A stretch of DNA of 63,278 nucleotides, the filler included, from Choristocarpus tenellus KU-1152 (Eukaryota > Protista > Phaeophyceae): the NCBI GenBank assembly GCA_964200185.2. It is 11 parts of 11 records of this genome, joined end to end, with 100 filler letters (N's around TTAATTAATTAA, not from the genome) between each part and the next. Parts side by side here need not be neighbours in the genome. Positions count along the whole stretch, not along the records: positions 49,327 to 55,371 come from CAXNAD020009079.1; positions 55,472 to 58,715 come from CAXNAD020021305.1; positions 58,816 to 63,278 come from CAXNAD020014432.1; 8 more parts are not named here. One strand, written 5' to 3'. A program made the position numbers and the translations under genes. The notes beneath the pieces were generated by a model, which worked only from the letters and a program-made list of their open reading frames with translations, was not told the origin of the DNA and did not search any database. Positions 51,580 to 63,278 of the stretch are shown here, piece by piece; positions within the stretch are counted from its first letter, which is position 1, and the number at the start of each line of letters is the position of its first letter.

Positions 51580-54500
51580 CAGTGCAATATTCCACACAGA
51601 GCTTCAAGGACCCTTAGCTATAAGAAAGTCTTTCTTCACCCTTTCTGTACAAAATGTGAAAATTACTGTAACTCATGTAAGTGAAAGTACACTTGAAAAA
51701 TGCAACCACTCTGATGTTACATAGATTGTAACACCCCATTTAATCCATGGCTACCCTGATAATCATGGAGGTTCTGCTCTGAGATGCAGAGCCTTCTCAG
51801 ACATAACATCTAGGAGTTCTCCCAGTTCCTTGGGTCGGAATGATGACCTTAGCCCCCCCTCTCCTCCTCCTCCTCCTAATACCTTGACACCACATTTTAG
51901 AGCAACCATCCAAATGTCCTTACTTCCTGGACATGCATGTATGGCACGCCAATAGAGGCGCTTGGCACGGGTGTGATAGCCACGGAGAGCCTGTGTGAGG
52001 GTGTAGGTTTAGGTTTTGACATATCAAATTGTTTAGTCCTAAGGGGAATGAACAAGCAGGGTGAGTAACCCAAAGTTTTAGATTCAAAGGAGGTACAAAC
52101 GTAGGTTTTGTTTAGAGAGACGGACTCCCTTGGAAACCTCACCCTAACCCTAAGTACAATATGTAAAAAAATAAATACGAAATCAAAAGGAAAATTGATT
52201 TGTTACATGTATGGAAGGAGTGGGCAATATGGGTGCAATATCAAGCAACGCACAATATATACAACCTGCCATCTATTTTTTTTTTCTGGAAAGCTTCCCG
52301 TTTTCAGACATGGTTGACATCATTATTATACCTTTCAAGGACCTTTGGGATGTATGTCTGTACAATGTATGTCTATACCAAAAAAAATATTTCCTAACCG
52401 TCCAAAATTGCTGCAACATCCATGGGCAGACAGGTAGCAACCGCCACCTTACTCAACTTTGTGATTGGTTTTGACATCTTTTCATGTGAGAATCTCATTG
52501 GATTAATTGAAACTGCAGAGACACCATTATTGATGTTGGATCTTATTACCTGGTCCTAAACATCCTCACTTTTCAACAACACTACTTGGTATAGTACCAG
52601 GATGTGCCTGGCTCTACACACTCCACTAAACCACTGCTCTGGTTAGTAGGTTTAGATTTACTGCACTAATTCTTTGAATGTCAGAGGTTGGTTTTAAGAA
52701 GTGCAGTAGAAGACAATGGCATAGAGCACATCAACAACGTTAATTATGTTACCACTTGCTGATCGGCACATTCCTAAATGTCTTGACCTAATGATGGTAT
52801 GTGTTGCCTCTCTCTCCCTTACCAAGTGTTAGATGACTTGTTTGGTCATGACACTCATTGTTGAGCCTGGGTGATCAAGAACAAGTCCAGTCCGACGCAA
52901 CTTGGGAAGAGAACTTACCATTTAAAACTTACCATTTAAACATTGATTTGATATACAGTGGGGCATGAAATTCGACATCTTACAACTTCATTAAAAAAAA
53001 TAGACATCTTCAAATTCTGAAAAAAAACACCACCGAGGATCAATCCTCTAACAATTTTCAAGAATCCTAACTCTGTGAGAAGTTGAGTAAGTCATGGCAA
53101 TGTCTGTTTCACATACACACCTCAAGATGAATGTAGATGATCCACAAAAGCGGCAATTGTCGCCCTGAGGGATGAGTCACTGCAGCCTCAAGTGCATGTT
53201 GCAGCCTGAAGGGAATCAAAGGGCCCTATGTAATTAATAGTTGTATCAGGTACAGACAGGTACAAGTAATCATGGAGAGTATTTTCAAAACTTGAGTTGT
53301 CACAGTGTAATCACTGGTTTGATAACATGCTTTTGATTGGTGGAGGAACAATACTACATACTGGTAGTAGTAGTCTACCATGTATTAATGGATATGGTCT
53401 ATCACCACAATGAGAAATTTGCTAGTTAGTCAACACTCATCTTAAACTCTAGCCACACACCCCTATCACTCCTTCCATTTCCTCCACGCATGAAGAAGTT
53501 TTTTGAAAAGCATCCTCCCCACACACCTTTCAGCCTTTTTTAAGTTGCAAGTTAGCTCATCTATCATACTTATCATACTTGCCTGGAGTAACAGCTTCTC
53601 CATCAGTGGAGCCCATGAGGGTCCCCACCAGACAATTCTTGTTCAAACCAGGACTTTTCACAGGGCTAGCAAACTAAAATAGTCCCACCCGCTGGTCAGA
53701 CTAATCCCACAATTATTTAACATGTCCCAGTCTACGTCCACTACATGTTGAACTGGTACATGTCCGCCAACCGGACTGGGACAAAAATTCTCTAAAATAT
53801 TCGGATCACGTCCACTAGGTATTGTCCACTAGGTATTGATTGTACACTAGGTATTGTACCTGTCCATGTCCACCAGCCGGACCAGGTCTAGCATTCTCTA
53901 ACATGTCCAGACCATGATCTACTATTCCACAATGAAAAATGTGTACATGTCAAAGGTTTAATTATGCTCCAGTAGTATGTGCATGTAAAAAAAGAACTCT
54001 TTCAATCCTCTCTGGACTTTCTTGGTTCGAAATCATGATGAGAATGTCAGAAAACAAATAAATGTATTGATTTTTTTATTTCCATACACACTATTATCCA
54101 CATATACTATTTCCACACTATTTACCCATGACGGAAGAGTGTCAAAGTACATATTGAGGTCACAAATCACCTCAGCCACCCTAACACCAAACACACAACA
54201 ATGTATTTGTATTCAACTTTGAATTTTAGCAGTTACCACCACTGCTAATGCACACCAAGGCCAGCACATTTTGCAAACACTAAGCAAAAACTTCCCAAGG
54301 TGGTGGGGGGTCCCATCAGAGGTAAAACATTGTGGTTAATGTTTGATTATTTCTTATTGGGGTGACTTGATGCTGTCTTTCGTTTTTTTGTGAAAACATT
54401 CCACAAATCATACGTCTTTTGGTGAGGATAACTAACACTCTCCCCGTAACACGATACACTATCATATTGACACTAATACAGAGTATTAATAGGATAGATT

Positions 54501-57500
54501 TATATTAGTAGTAAAATACACAAAGTCCTCGACAATGTTTAGGTGAATAAATACAAGTAATCCCAACATATTTTGATAGCTCACAGAGGAAATCGTCCAA
54601 GGTTTTAGCCCTCGACCACATGCCATATTGACCCCCAATGTCTCTAATTACATGACATTGAAATGATATACATCATAACAACCTTGAGACAGTTACAGAC
54701 TTGGTCATGACGTGGTCCATTCACTAGAATACCTGTTCGTACTCCATCAATACACATGGCAAGGAAATGTATACCTTGACTGACTTGACATGTCTGCTAT
54801 TGTATCCTTGACGGCAAGCCAAAAAGTCACAAGAGTGACAAAATGCATCAATGTTGTCCTTCCACTCCCTAAGTTAAGTCAAGTTTTCATTTCATAAAGC
54901 TCTATAGGTTCTCAAACTGCACCTACTCTACCCAAGACTCAGTGTGGATGGACCGAACTCTGATGTCTACTACTAGTTGTTAGTACCAATATTTTCCCTT
55001 TTGCATCTCTTCTGTAACCAGGTATTTCCTCACATACTCCTCACGTATTTCCTCATCAAAAACCAGCAAAAAGGTATACCTATCTCTGTCCACATAATAC
55101 AGGTTTTGAAAAAAGTCTGTGCAATTTGCAGCATATTGAATTCATAGCGGTTAAAAGACAGCACCACCTTTCTTACACCAAACATAATACTACCTCCCTC
55201 CATGCATAAAAAATGCTCAGGATCAAACATCAACCTCACCCAAAAAGTTGAAGGGTTGGAGGAAGAGCATGAGCTGGATGTGATACAGGACTCCAACCTC
55301 CCCCCCCCCCCCAGCAAAGACCAAACACTCCCCCACGACCAAGCACACAAACAAAAATGCAAGAAAACAACNNNNNNNNNNNNNNNNNNNNNNNNNNNNN
55401 NNNNNNNNNNNNNNNTTAATTAATTAANNNNNNNNNNNNNNNNNNNNNNNNNNNNNNNNNNNNNNNNNNNNCCACCCACCCCCCCCTCCTCTCCCATGCC
55501 AACTACTTTTATATATGTATGAGATATAGTACATCTGAATCTGCTATTGATATTGGATGTGTTTTGTATGCTGCCTCACCAGAAGGAGTAGGGATGCTTC
55601 TTAAAATTTGTTGTGGTACTTCAACAGGCAATGATGTTGCTGGAGCACTCCCTTCTTTATTTCTATATTGTAGTAACTAATAACTAAATGCAGAAGATAA
55701 TCATCACCTCATTAAAGCCCCCATCCTTCTGAGAATAGCCAGCATTTTTCCTGGATCGATGTAATATTGCAAAGGATGGTATTTGAGTTAAGTGTGACTG
55801 AAGAACTGTAGATGGTGGCTTTTGAGTTTTCAAGGTGCTATCACATCACCGTGTTACTCTTGAAGTTCTGGAGTGGACCCACCCCTGTGTTTCCCAGGGC
55901 AGTATGTATAGAAGTGTTGGAGTTCGTGGAATGGTATGACCTTAAAAGAAAACCGATGATGGTATGAGGTGCTGAAAACTATACCATCAGTGGTATATTC
56001 GTGTACTGGTGATACACCTTCTAGTGTCGTACTGATTTGTTGATCTCCAAACTTGTTGGCGGCAATCTCCAGTTTGTTAAAAAAAAAAACAGCCTGTTGT
56101 GCTGCTGATTTTTTGGCTGTATTAGGTCTCTGATATTTTCTCTTGCACCGGGTGAGCCTGTCTGCCCCCAAGTGAATGATCTTTGTTGTGGGATATGTAT
56201 CTTGTGTATTGAAAAAGGTGAAGGTTTTTGTTGTCCTGTTGAGTGGTGAGCGATGGTGTGGGATGGGTTAGGGTTAGGGCTAGGGTTAGCTTGGAGGACA
56301 GGAGCCTATTAGCAGTAGTGGTGGTATGTTGACTTGATTTATCGACAATATTTCATTAGTACTGCCTTTGCCTTTTCAGTGAACCGTAGAGGTAAAAGCT
56401 TTCAACGTCGCTATACACGTGACCTCTGCTTCTGCTCCTTACCTACAGGTGTACATCCCAATTACGGAGTTGGTTGAAACCTCACCCCGGTGCCTCAATG
56501 TTCATGGTCGCACCTGGGAAAGGGTCTTGACAATCACAAGGCAGCCTAGCACAACTGAAAGTTACAGTGGAAACAGTCCCATCAGCTCAGAATCTGCTTC
56601 GTGATTTTTTTTTTAATAATCCTGATTATTTTTCATTGCAGAGGGTGTGTGCCTAGTGGAGGATGGAAGTAAAATGAAAATGGTAATAGCAGTCACAGTA
56701 ATGACTATGTTCCTTGTATTTTTCGTATGGCACAAGATTGTTGTATGAGCCCTGTTGCATCAATGTGCAGAAGAAATGCACAAGATGGAATCGAGAGGGA
56801 GAAGGGGGTGCGTGATGGATGGTATGGTTGTCTGCGTTTTTTGCATAGTTCCTATCTGCTGGATGATGATTGGTGCTGCATCATACGGCAGAAGCGTGTG
56901 CGCGTTGTTTTTTTTTTTGTAGGAAAGGCTGAACAGAGGAAATTATATTTTCTTCTTACGAGCATGATTTTGGTGCCTTGTCCTCTAGGGACCTCATCCT
57001 CCATTTTTGTTTCTGAAACAAGGGATTTTTTTCTCAAAGGGAAGGATGCGACAGGAGATGCTGTTTACTACATATTGGGGGATCAGCAGGTCTGTATGGT
57101 GGGTATATATTATCCAGCTGATGTACAGATGTACCGCTGATGGTGTAAGCTTAACTCATCTTATCGTCATCGGTTAATTCACAGTCACATCGTAATGCGA
57201 ACTCTCCACTTTCCTTTAGCTTCACCTACTTAACAGTTACATAGTGGCTCATTTATTCCCTCCACATTTCTTTGGCCTCCTTGTTGGAGATGAAATACCA
57301 TTCCGTCTGAAAGAATGCCGAACCCAAGGCTAGACGTTCATGACAACGGATAACATATTCCACAAAAAAAGCTCGATCTTTTCGCCTCACGTTTGGTCGA
57401 GGTGACCAGACAAGGCTTTCCAACAATCATCTCTGCGATCAATACAAGGGGGCACTCATTTTGGGTATACATACGTGAGTGAGTGAGTGAGTGAGTGAGA

Positions 57501-60500
57501 TGCGCCACACAAAACATTGCTTTCTTTGACTTAGAAGACGGTAGTACTTGAAATTGTGTACACACCACCTATTCTTCAACATATATTATTTAAATATTAT
57601 TATTTTATTGTGATTACTCTCTACAAAATAATTTACAAATACAAAATATCCATAGGTCGGAACCAGTACTGTTTTCCTCTTGATGCTCATGAAGAGGTGT
57701 CATTTCTTATAATTATTTTGCTCACTCACATCCGAATGACCTCGAAGGTGTCATCTACGTACAACCTGTTGGCTTGTATTTTGGTAACTGCACATCCTAA
57801 ACGAATGATAGGGGAGAGGGTTGTACGACCCCAAGTTCCCTCCAAGATACATCTCAGGAATGTTTCTCTTATTAAGGCCTTCACTTGCTTGGCGAGCGGG
57901 ATTTGGGGGTGTTGGCAGTGGCGCTTTCCTACCCGTCCCTTTTCTTCCCTGATGTTTCCAGGTAGGTAGGTGTGACTATGTCTCCTGACTTGCTGTATTA
58001 TTGTGTTCCCTCGTTCCTGTTACGACTCCTTGTTTCAGAGATCTATTATATTATTACCACTCTCCCTTTTTTTTAACGAAAGCCATTTCCGTAAAACTTC
58101 CAGATAATATGCAGCATACTATGAGCGTAGCAAGAAGGAAATATGCCCACAGTATGTGGGCACTTCATGAAACATGCAAGAAGACAAGCTATCAAAAACT
58201 GTGTAAATTGCGGAATGAGTTAAAGTATCTTAGAGGTAGAGGTGCGTCCGTTTGGGGCCCAAAATGCAATAGTGCGATTGTGATTAAATTTCGGGTATCG
58301 TGTTTGTTAGGAAGTGTCAATATCCTTGTTCCGAACACAACTTTTCATAATGTACACATTTTACCTACTCCGAGACATTTCGGAGAAGGAAAATATCGCA
58401 AGAGACCGTGAGAAGCCAAACCCGAAATGAACAAACAGGGTAAAATTCGTACCTGAGATAATTTCACTCTACAGTTCTATAATAATAGTATGTGACTAGC
58501 AATAATGCAGCATAATATCATGCAGGAAGTGAACCTCATCAACATGCACATATATTTATGTATGCAACCAAATAATGGACTATTTGTGATTCCAAATTAG
58601 CACCAAGTCAGAACTACATAGTGCACTCTGGTCCCTGCTTCTATTTTTTTTTGTAGTAGTAGCGGTGCATGGGGCTAGCTTATTGTTGGGTGAGGAGGGG
58701 TCGGGACGAAGGAAGNNNNNNNNNNNNNNNNNNNNNNNNNNNNNNNNNNNNNNNNNNNNTTAATTAATTAANNNNNNNNNNNNNNNNNNNNNNNNNNNNN
58801 NNNNNNNNNNNNNNNCCCAAGATACTTTGACCCAGTTGCACCAAGGCCACAGGCTTAGTCTTTGAGGTCAGACCTGGGTCCACAACTTGTCTTACACTTT
58901 TGCAAATAAAACATGTTCGCAGAACTCCCTACCATCTATTCCATACTTATCAATTGTTTCCCTCCCCCTCCTCTTCCCCATCTCTAGCAGCATCAAAACC
59001 ACATGGCAGCTGTAGATGCAGAGATTGAGTACAGAGTGTGGGTTCTCATCGTCCTTGCACAAGCTCAGCCTTTGTCCACAAGAACAACAGCACCTCTAGG
59101 TCTGTGAGAGGGGGCACTTCATCAACTGGAGGATGCATCACATCAGGTTTGAAACCTATCATAGAACCTGGTTGGTTGGGACTCTCTTTTGACGCATTCA
59201 TGCATGTGGAATGTGGAATGTGGAATATGGAATGTGGAATGTGGCATGCACGAAGTCTATGATTTCTCTCTATGTACATATTCTTGCCAAACCCTCTTCA
59301 TCTCTACACAACTTACCCTTACCCTTAGGTACTGGGCTTTGCTTCTGAATTTCCGAATACACCACTCCCCCGGTGCAAGCCCGTCCAACCCATAAACACT
59401 CGGGGCTTACAATAGCTTACTTACTGTCTGCTTACGGATACTTCCTATTCGATGTACTCCTTACCACTTGACCACACTGGTGAATAGTCTTTCAAACTTG
59501 AGATCCTAAATCTTTACTCTCAACCATTCCCTCCTCCAAGTCAGCAGATCCTACAATCCCAAAAGACAGAAAAGGATGTGGAATCGCGAGTGTGGGTGCA
59601 GCTAGCTCTAGCATCTACATCCATCCCAACATCATCTTCTCCGCTGTAACCATTCTGGCACCACCTCAGGTCCCAAACAAGAGCACAACGCCGCCCATCC
59701 TAACTGGTACCGGATGTACTGTCCAAGAAGCAGACACAAAGCGTTGAACAAGAGTAATCTTCCCTTTCCGCCTACAACCTTAGACCCGGGCAAGGTGGAG
59801 TGGGTCTCCCTCCATTCCTTACACACTTCATCAAGCAAGAACAAGGTGTTCAAGTCGAATTGTCCTCCACACTCACGTGGGGCAAAGGGAGGTTGCAATT
59901 TTATGGCATCACCAGTAGCAATCAACACACAACAAACAGTATACCACCATCTTGGGCAAATCTACACTATGATTGAGTATAGGAATGAATGAATGCTGCC
60001 ACTGAAATTTGGGTAGACTGTGGGAATACAATATGTACTCCATGTAATATATAGGGTAGTTTACAGATATTGCAGTCGCTACTAGTGAATGGTTTGAAGA
60101 CAGGGATGTTCAGTAGAGACATGTTCATCATATACCTTGAAGTATTGGGGTGAAAGTATCTTAGAGAGTACAAGTTTTGTCCTGTTTGTCCATTTGGAGC
60201 TTGGCTTCCCTTGGGTTTTATTATGACATTTTCCTAGTCCAAAATATTTCGGAGTAGGTAAAATGTGTATGTTATGAAAAGGTGTGTCCGGAACAAGGAA
60301 ATTGACACTTCCTAACAAACACGATAGCCAAAATTATATCAACATCGCGACATTGGATTTTGCCCCCCAAATGGACGAGGGTCTACCCTCTAAGATACTT
60401 TGGCTTATTGTAGTACCTAGTACTATTCGTAGTTGATGATTTCTAGAGACAGACTCCCCATTGGTGGGTGTGGGTGTGAAGTTTGGAAAGAGAAGACTGA

Positions 60501-62133
60501 ATCCAGGAGATGGATGATTCAGAGTTGTTGTGATGATGCGTTCCTTGAGGTGGTAGTGATCAAGGCCAACCCTGAGTACAAAGTTTTCTCCTTGTGGAAG
60601 TTGATCAGCGGGTAGAGTAGGGGGGGTATTCCCAGATATAAATCTAGTGCAGCTCTTATTTCAGTCTCTTTGGTGTTAGTCACATTTGAAAATGAGTATG
60701 CGAGGTCCTGTGCTCTATGACAAACAGGGACAGCAGTCGGGTGGCACCGTGGTACTACAAATAGGCCAACCTCAAAACGAGTGCTACATGATACAACCTG
60801 ACTCGAATTGTGCAGTCCTCTACCATAGTAGATAGACTCTGTACAGTCATCAAATGCTGTGGTGAATACTCTCCCAACACATTACACGTGGATCATACCT
60901 GTATGGTGTGTAGATAGTTCGAATCACTCACAAGATACACCAAGAGGCCGTGCAACACCCTAACAGCAACAAAATCTGAACTCAGTCAATCATACTTGAG
61001 GGCATGTTCTTCTCTATCAAGCGACCAAGTTCATGCCATTGCTTGTACAAGTCACTCTGCTGTACTTCATGAGTTGGAAGGGAGAAGATATATGCAGGTG
61101 GGGGTAGAAAGAATGCTCTGTGTTGATTAAAAAAATGTTGTTGACAAAGCCCCTCACCTCATCCCCTCCCCTGAACACATTGTGTGTTCCATTCACATAC
61201 CTCGGAGAGTATTATTGTAAGTGTTTCAAGTAGCTCATGCATGTATTTCTTTGTGAGTTGTATGGATGATCAAGGATTTGATAGTTGTCTAAGTGTGAAG
61301 CACCTGTTCAGGTCTTGTCGTAAAACCTCTTGGGGGTACATGAGAAGGATAACATACAGGTGATAGTTGTTGAGTACAACCAGAGAGAACAACGTGATCC
61401 CACATTGTATTCCATATACACAGGTCCAATACACGGTCTAGCATGCCTTGTCACTTGAATGAGCTAGAAGATCCACCAAGGAGACCTATTCTAGGAGGAA
61501 AGCATGGACATAGACTTCACCAATCACAGGCCTCCATTCCATTAAATACAACAGCGGGGTGTGTGTTACAGAGTACCTTTCTCGATATATCACAAATTCT
61601 TTATCGCTTGTCCATACCTCACAAAATACATCCTCACTGAGATACAGCCTTGGCGGGAGAATTGATATAGGAGGACGATTCTAAATGTTGTGGGAGTTGC
61701 ACGTGCAAACAATGGATTAGGGTCAGGGTTCAAATCTTTGTTGTCATTCATTGTAGATTGTAGAGTGACAACATTGTTTAGTTGGGGAGAAGTGATGGTG
61801 TAGTTTAGTGGTTTTAACAATCAATGGAGCACCCACTCTCGCCACCCCCTCAATCTTATCATGTATCTCACTCATAGCTCTTGCAGGAACTTGTTGTAGG
61901 TAGTAGGAGCAGGAAGAGGATAGCTCTAAGTCGGGGTGGAAGTGATGCTATGTGTGGATTGTTCAAATAATCGCCAGCGCCCCCCTCCTACCCCCCACCG
62001 CTTCCATCATTCTAAATACATCATATTTCTCGTTCAAGGTTGTTATAGCTGCTCATTGTATTAATAGTCACCCCTTTTAGGTGATACCCGGGAGACAGTT
62101 GTAGGGGTGGGTAGGAGTGATGCTGCGACCCAT

Positions 62134-62284
62134 GACCCAAAATTGACTGGGATAAAGTGTCGATATGTTTTGTTTTGTATTGTCATTTAAAGCAAAAAAC
62201 GTATCTACACTTTATCCCAGTCAATTTTGGGTCAAGCCCATCCTCAATGAAAAGCTCCATCCTCAATTTTTGGAATCGGCTGTT
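62134..62284. mobile_element. Family D foldback remnant (internal palindrome)
   Basis: GACCCAAAATTGACTGGGATAAAGTGT (62134-62160) pairs with ACACTTTATCCCAGTCAATTTTGGGTC (62207-62233). The right arm continues to ...AATCGGCTGTTA. Confidence 0.8.
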
Positions 62285-63278
62285 ATAACCATAACCAGGA
62301 AAATTGCCCTTATATTATCCGTTCGATATATCTAACCAAATCACCCAAAAATCGCGACAAGAACAAAATTGGCCCCAAATATACAGCCGCCACCCCCCCC
62401 CCAGATACTTTGACCCTTGAAATCTTTGTTGCAATACTTTGTACAGTAAAGCAGGCTGTAGAAGGAAGATTGAAGAAGGTGGGTATGGATGTGATGCCGT
62501 TGTAATTTGTCATTCAAGCACCACCCTTTCTCATCCAAGAACATTTTAAAAGCATACACCTCGTTCACATCTTTTGTAGCAATGCAATCTGTGTGGTACT
62601 CAGAAGACACCTACGGGCTGATCATCTGCGTGGATAATTTCTAATCATTGCCAGGTAGTACCCTCCCAACCAGTTAGATCATTTTCCAGGTTCCATCCGT
62701 CATCTCCTGCTGAAAATTCAATGCTTGTGCAGGATAGCAGTGGGCAACTACAACAAACTACTACTAACAATACTCACCCTCCGGCCTTCAAGCTACTGTT
62801 GTTAAGGGCGTAGAGAGGCCAATGCCCATGAGGTGTACACCCTTGAGCAAGCAATATGTTGGGCTGCAGAAGATACTTTGAAAATATATTGGGATTGTGA
62901 GTAGTGAGGTCAAACAGCAGGGACGGAAGCAAGAGCAGCAAGAGGGGATCAATAATACTAGATATTGTCATTTTTGTCATTGATAGAGTAGTACGGAGTA
63001 TCTAGTGGTGTGGTCATTTACGGTACACATTCCCTAGGAGTTCTTTGCATATATTGTTGTGTGGATTGAGTACCATGGTAAACCACATCTCGAGTATGCT
63101 GACGATGTCCTGATAGTTTATTATGGCACCTATGCATACATATTATGGTAGAACATTAGGGGGTTAGAGTTCTGGCATTGCAAGAGGATCATCACCGATT
63201 GGACAAAGGTCAAAGTATCTGGGGGGGGTAGCGGCTGTCCATTTGGGGTCAATTTTTTCATGTCGCGATTATTGGTTG

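Noticed and set aside
52700-53000. Possible Harbinger-type transposase N-terminal helix (LPYQVLDDLFG)
   Set aside because: Single short word in heavily decayed DNA with no downstream DDE motifs recognised.

Overview
This is eukaryotic nuclear DNA, not a prokaryotic locus. It is also not one contiguous region: ten artificial 100-nt spacers (N44-TTAATTAATTAA-N44) join 11 short contigs, so nothing can be inferred from neighbourhood across spacers. GT-AG introns, TTAGGG-type repeats and a bipartite plastid-targeting-like N-terminus suggest a photosynthetic stramenopile, plausibly the brown-algal lineage (inference). Genes reconstructed by hand from splice sites: a GT34-type glycosyltransferase (-), a 50-aa COX14-like protein missed by the ORF track (+), a five-exon putatively plastid-targeted SANT/Myb-like membrane protein (-), a HIG1/Rcf2-like protein (-), an SLC35A-type nucleotide-sugar transporter (+), two exons of a rhodanese-domain gene, and weaker unknown gene fragments. 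The rest is CpG-depleted, decayed repeat DNA: many 3' pieces of one CRE-like (restriction-like endonuclease) non-LTR retrotransposon, several MITE/foldback families including a Stowaway-like element, a Tc1/IS630 transposase fragment, micro/minisatellites and frequent short interstitial telomeric tracts. The best novelty candidate is a CpG-retaining, strongly self-complementary ~350-400-nt segment (about 20000-20385) with H/ACA- and CAB-box-like features. It looks like an unannotated structured ncRNA, but its class cannot be settled without folding and covariance analysis. All alignments, folds and counts were done by eye.
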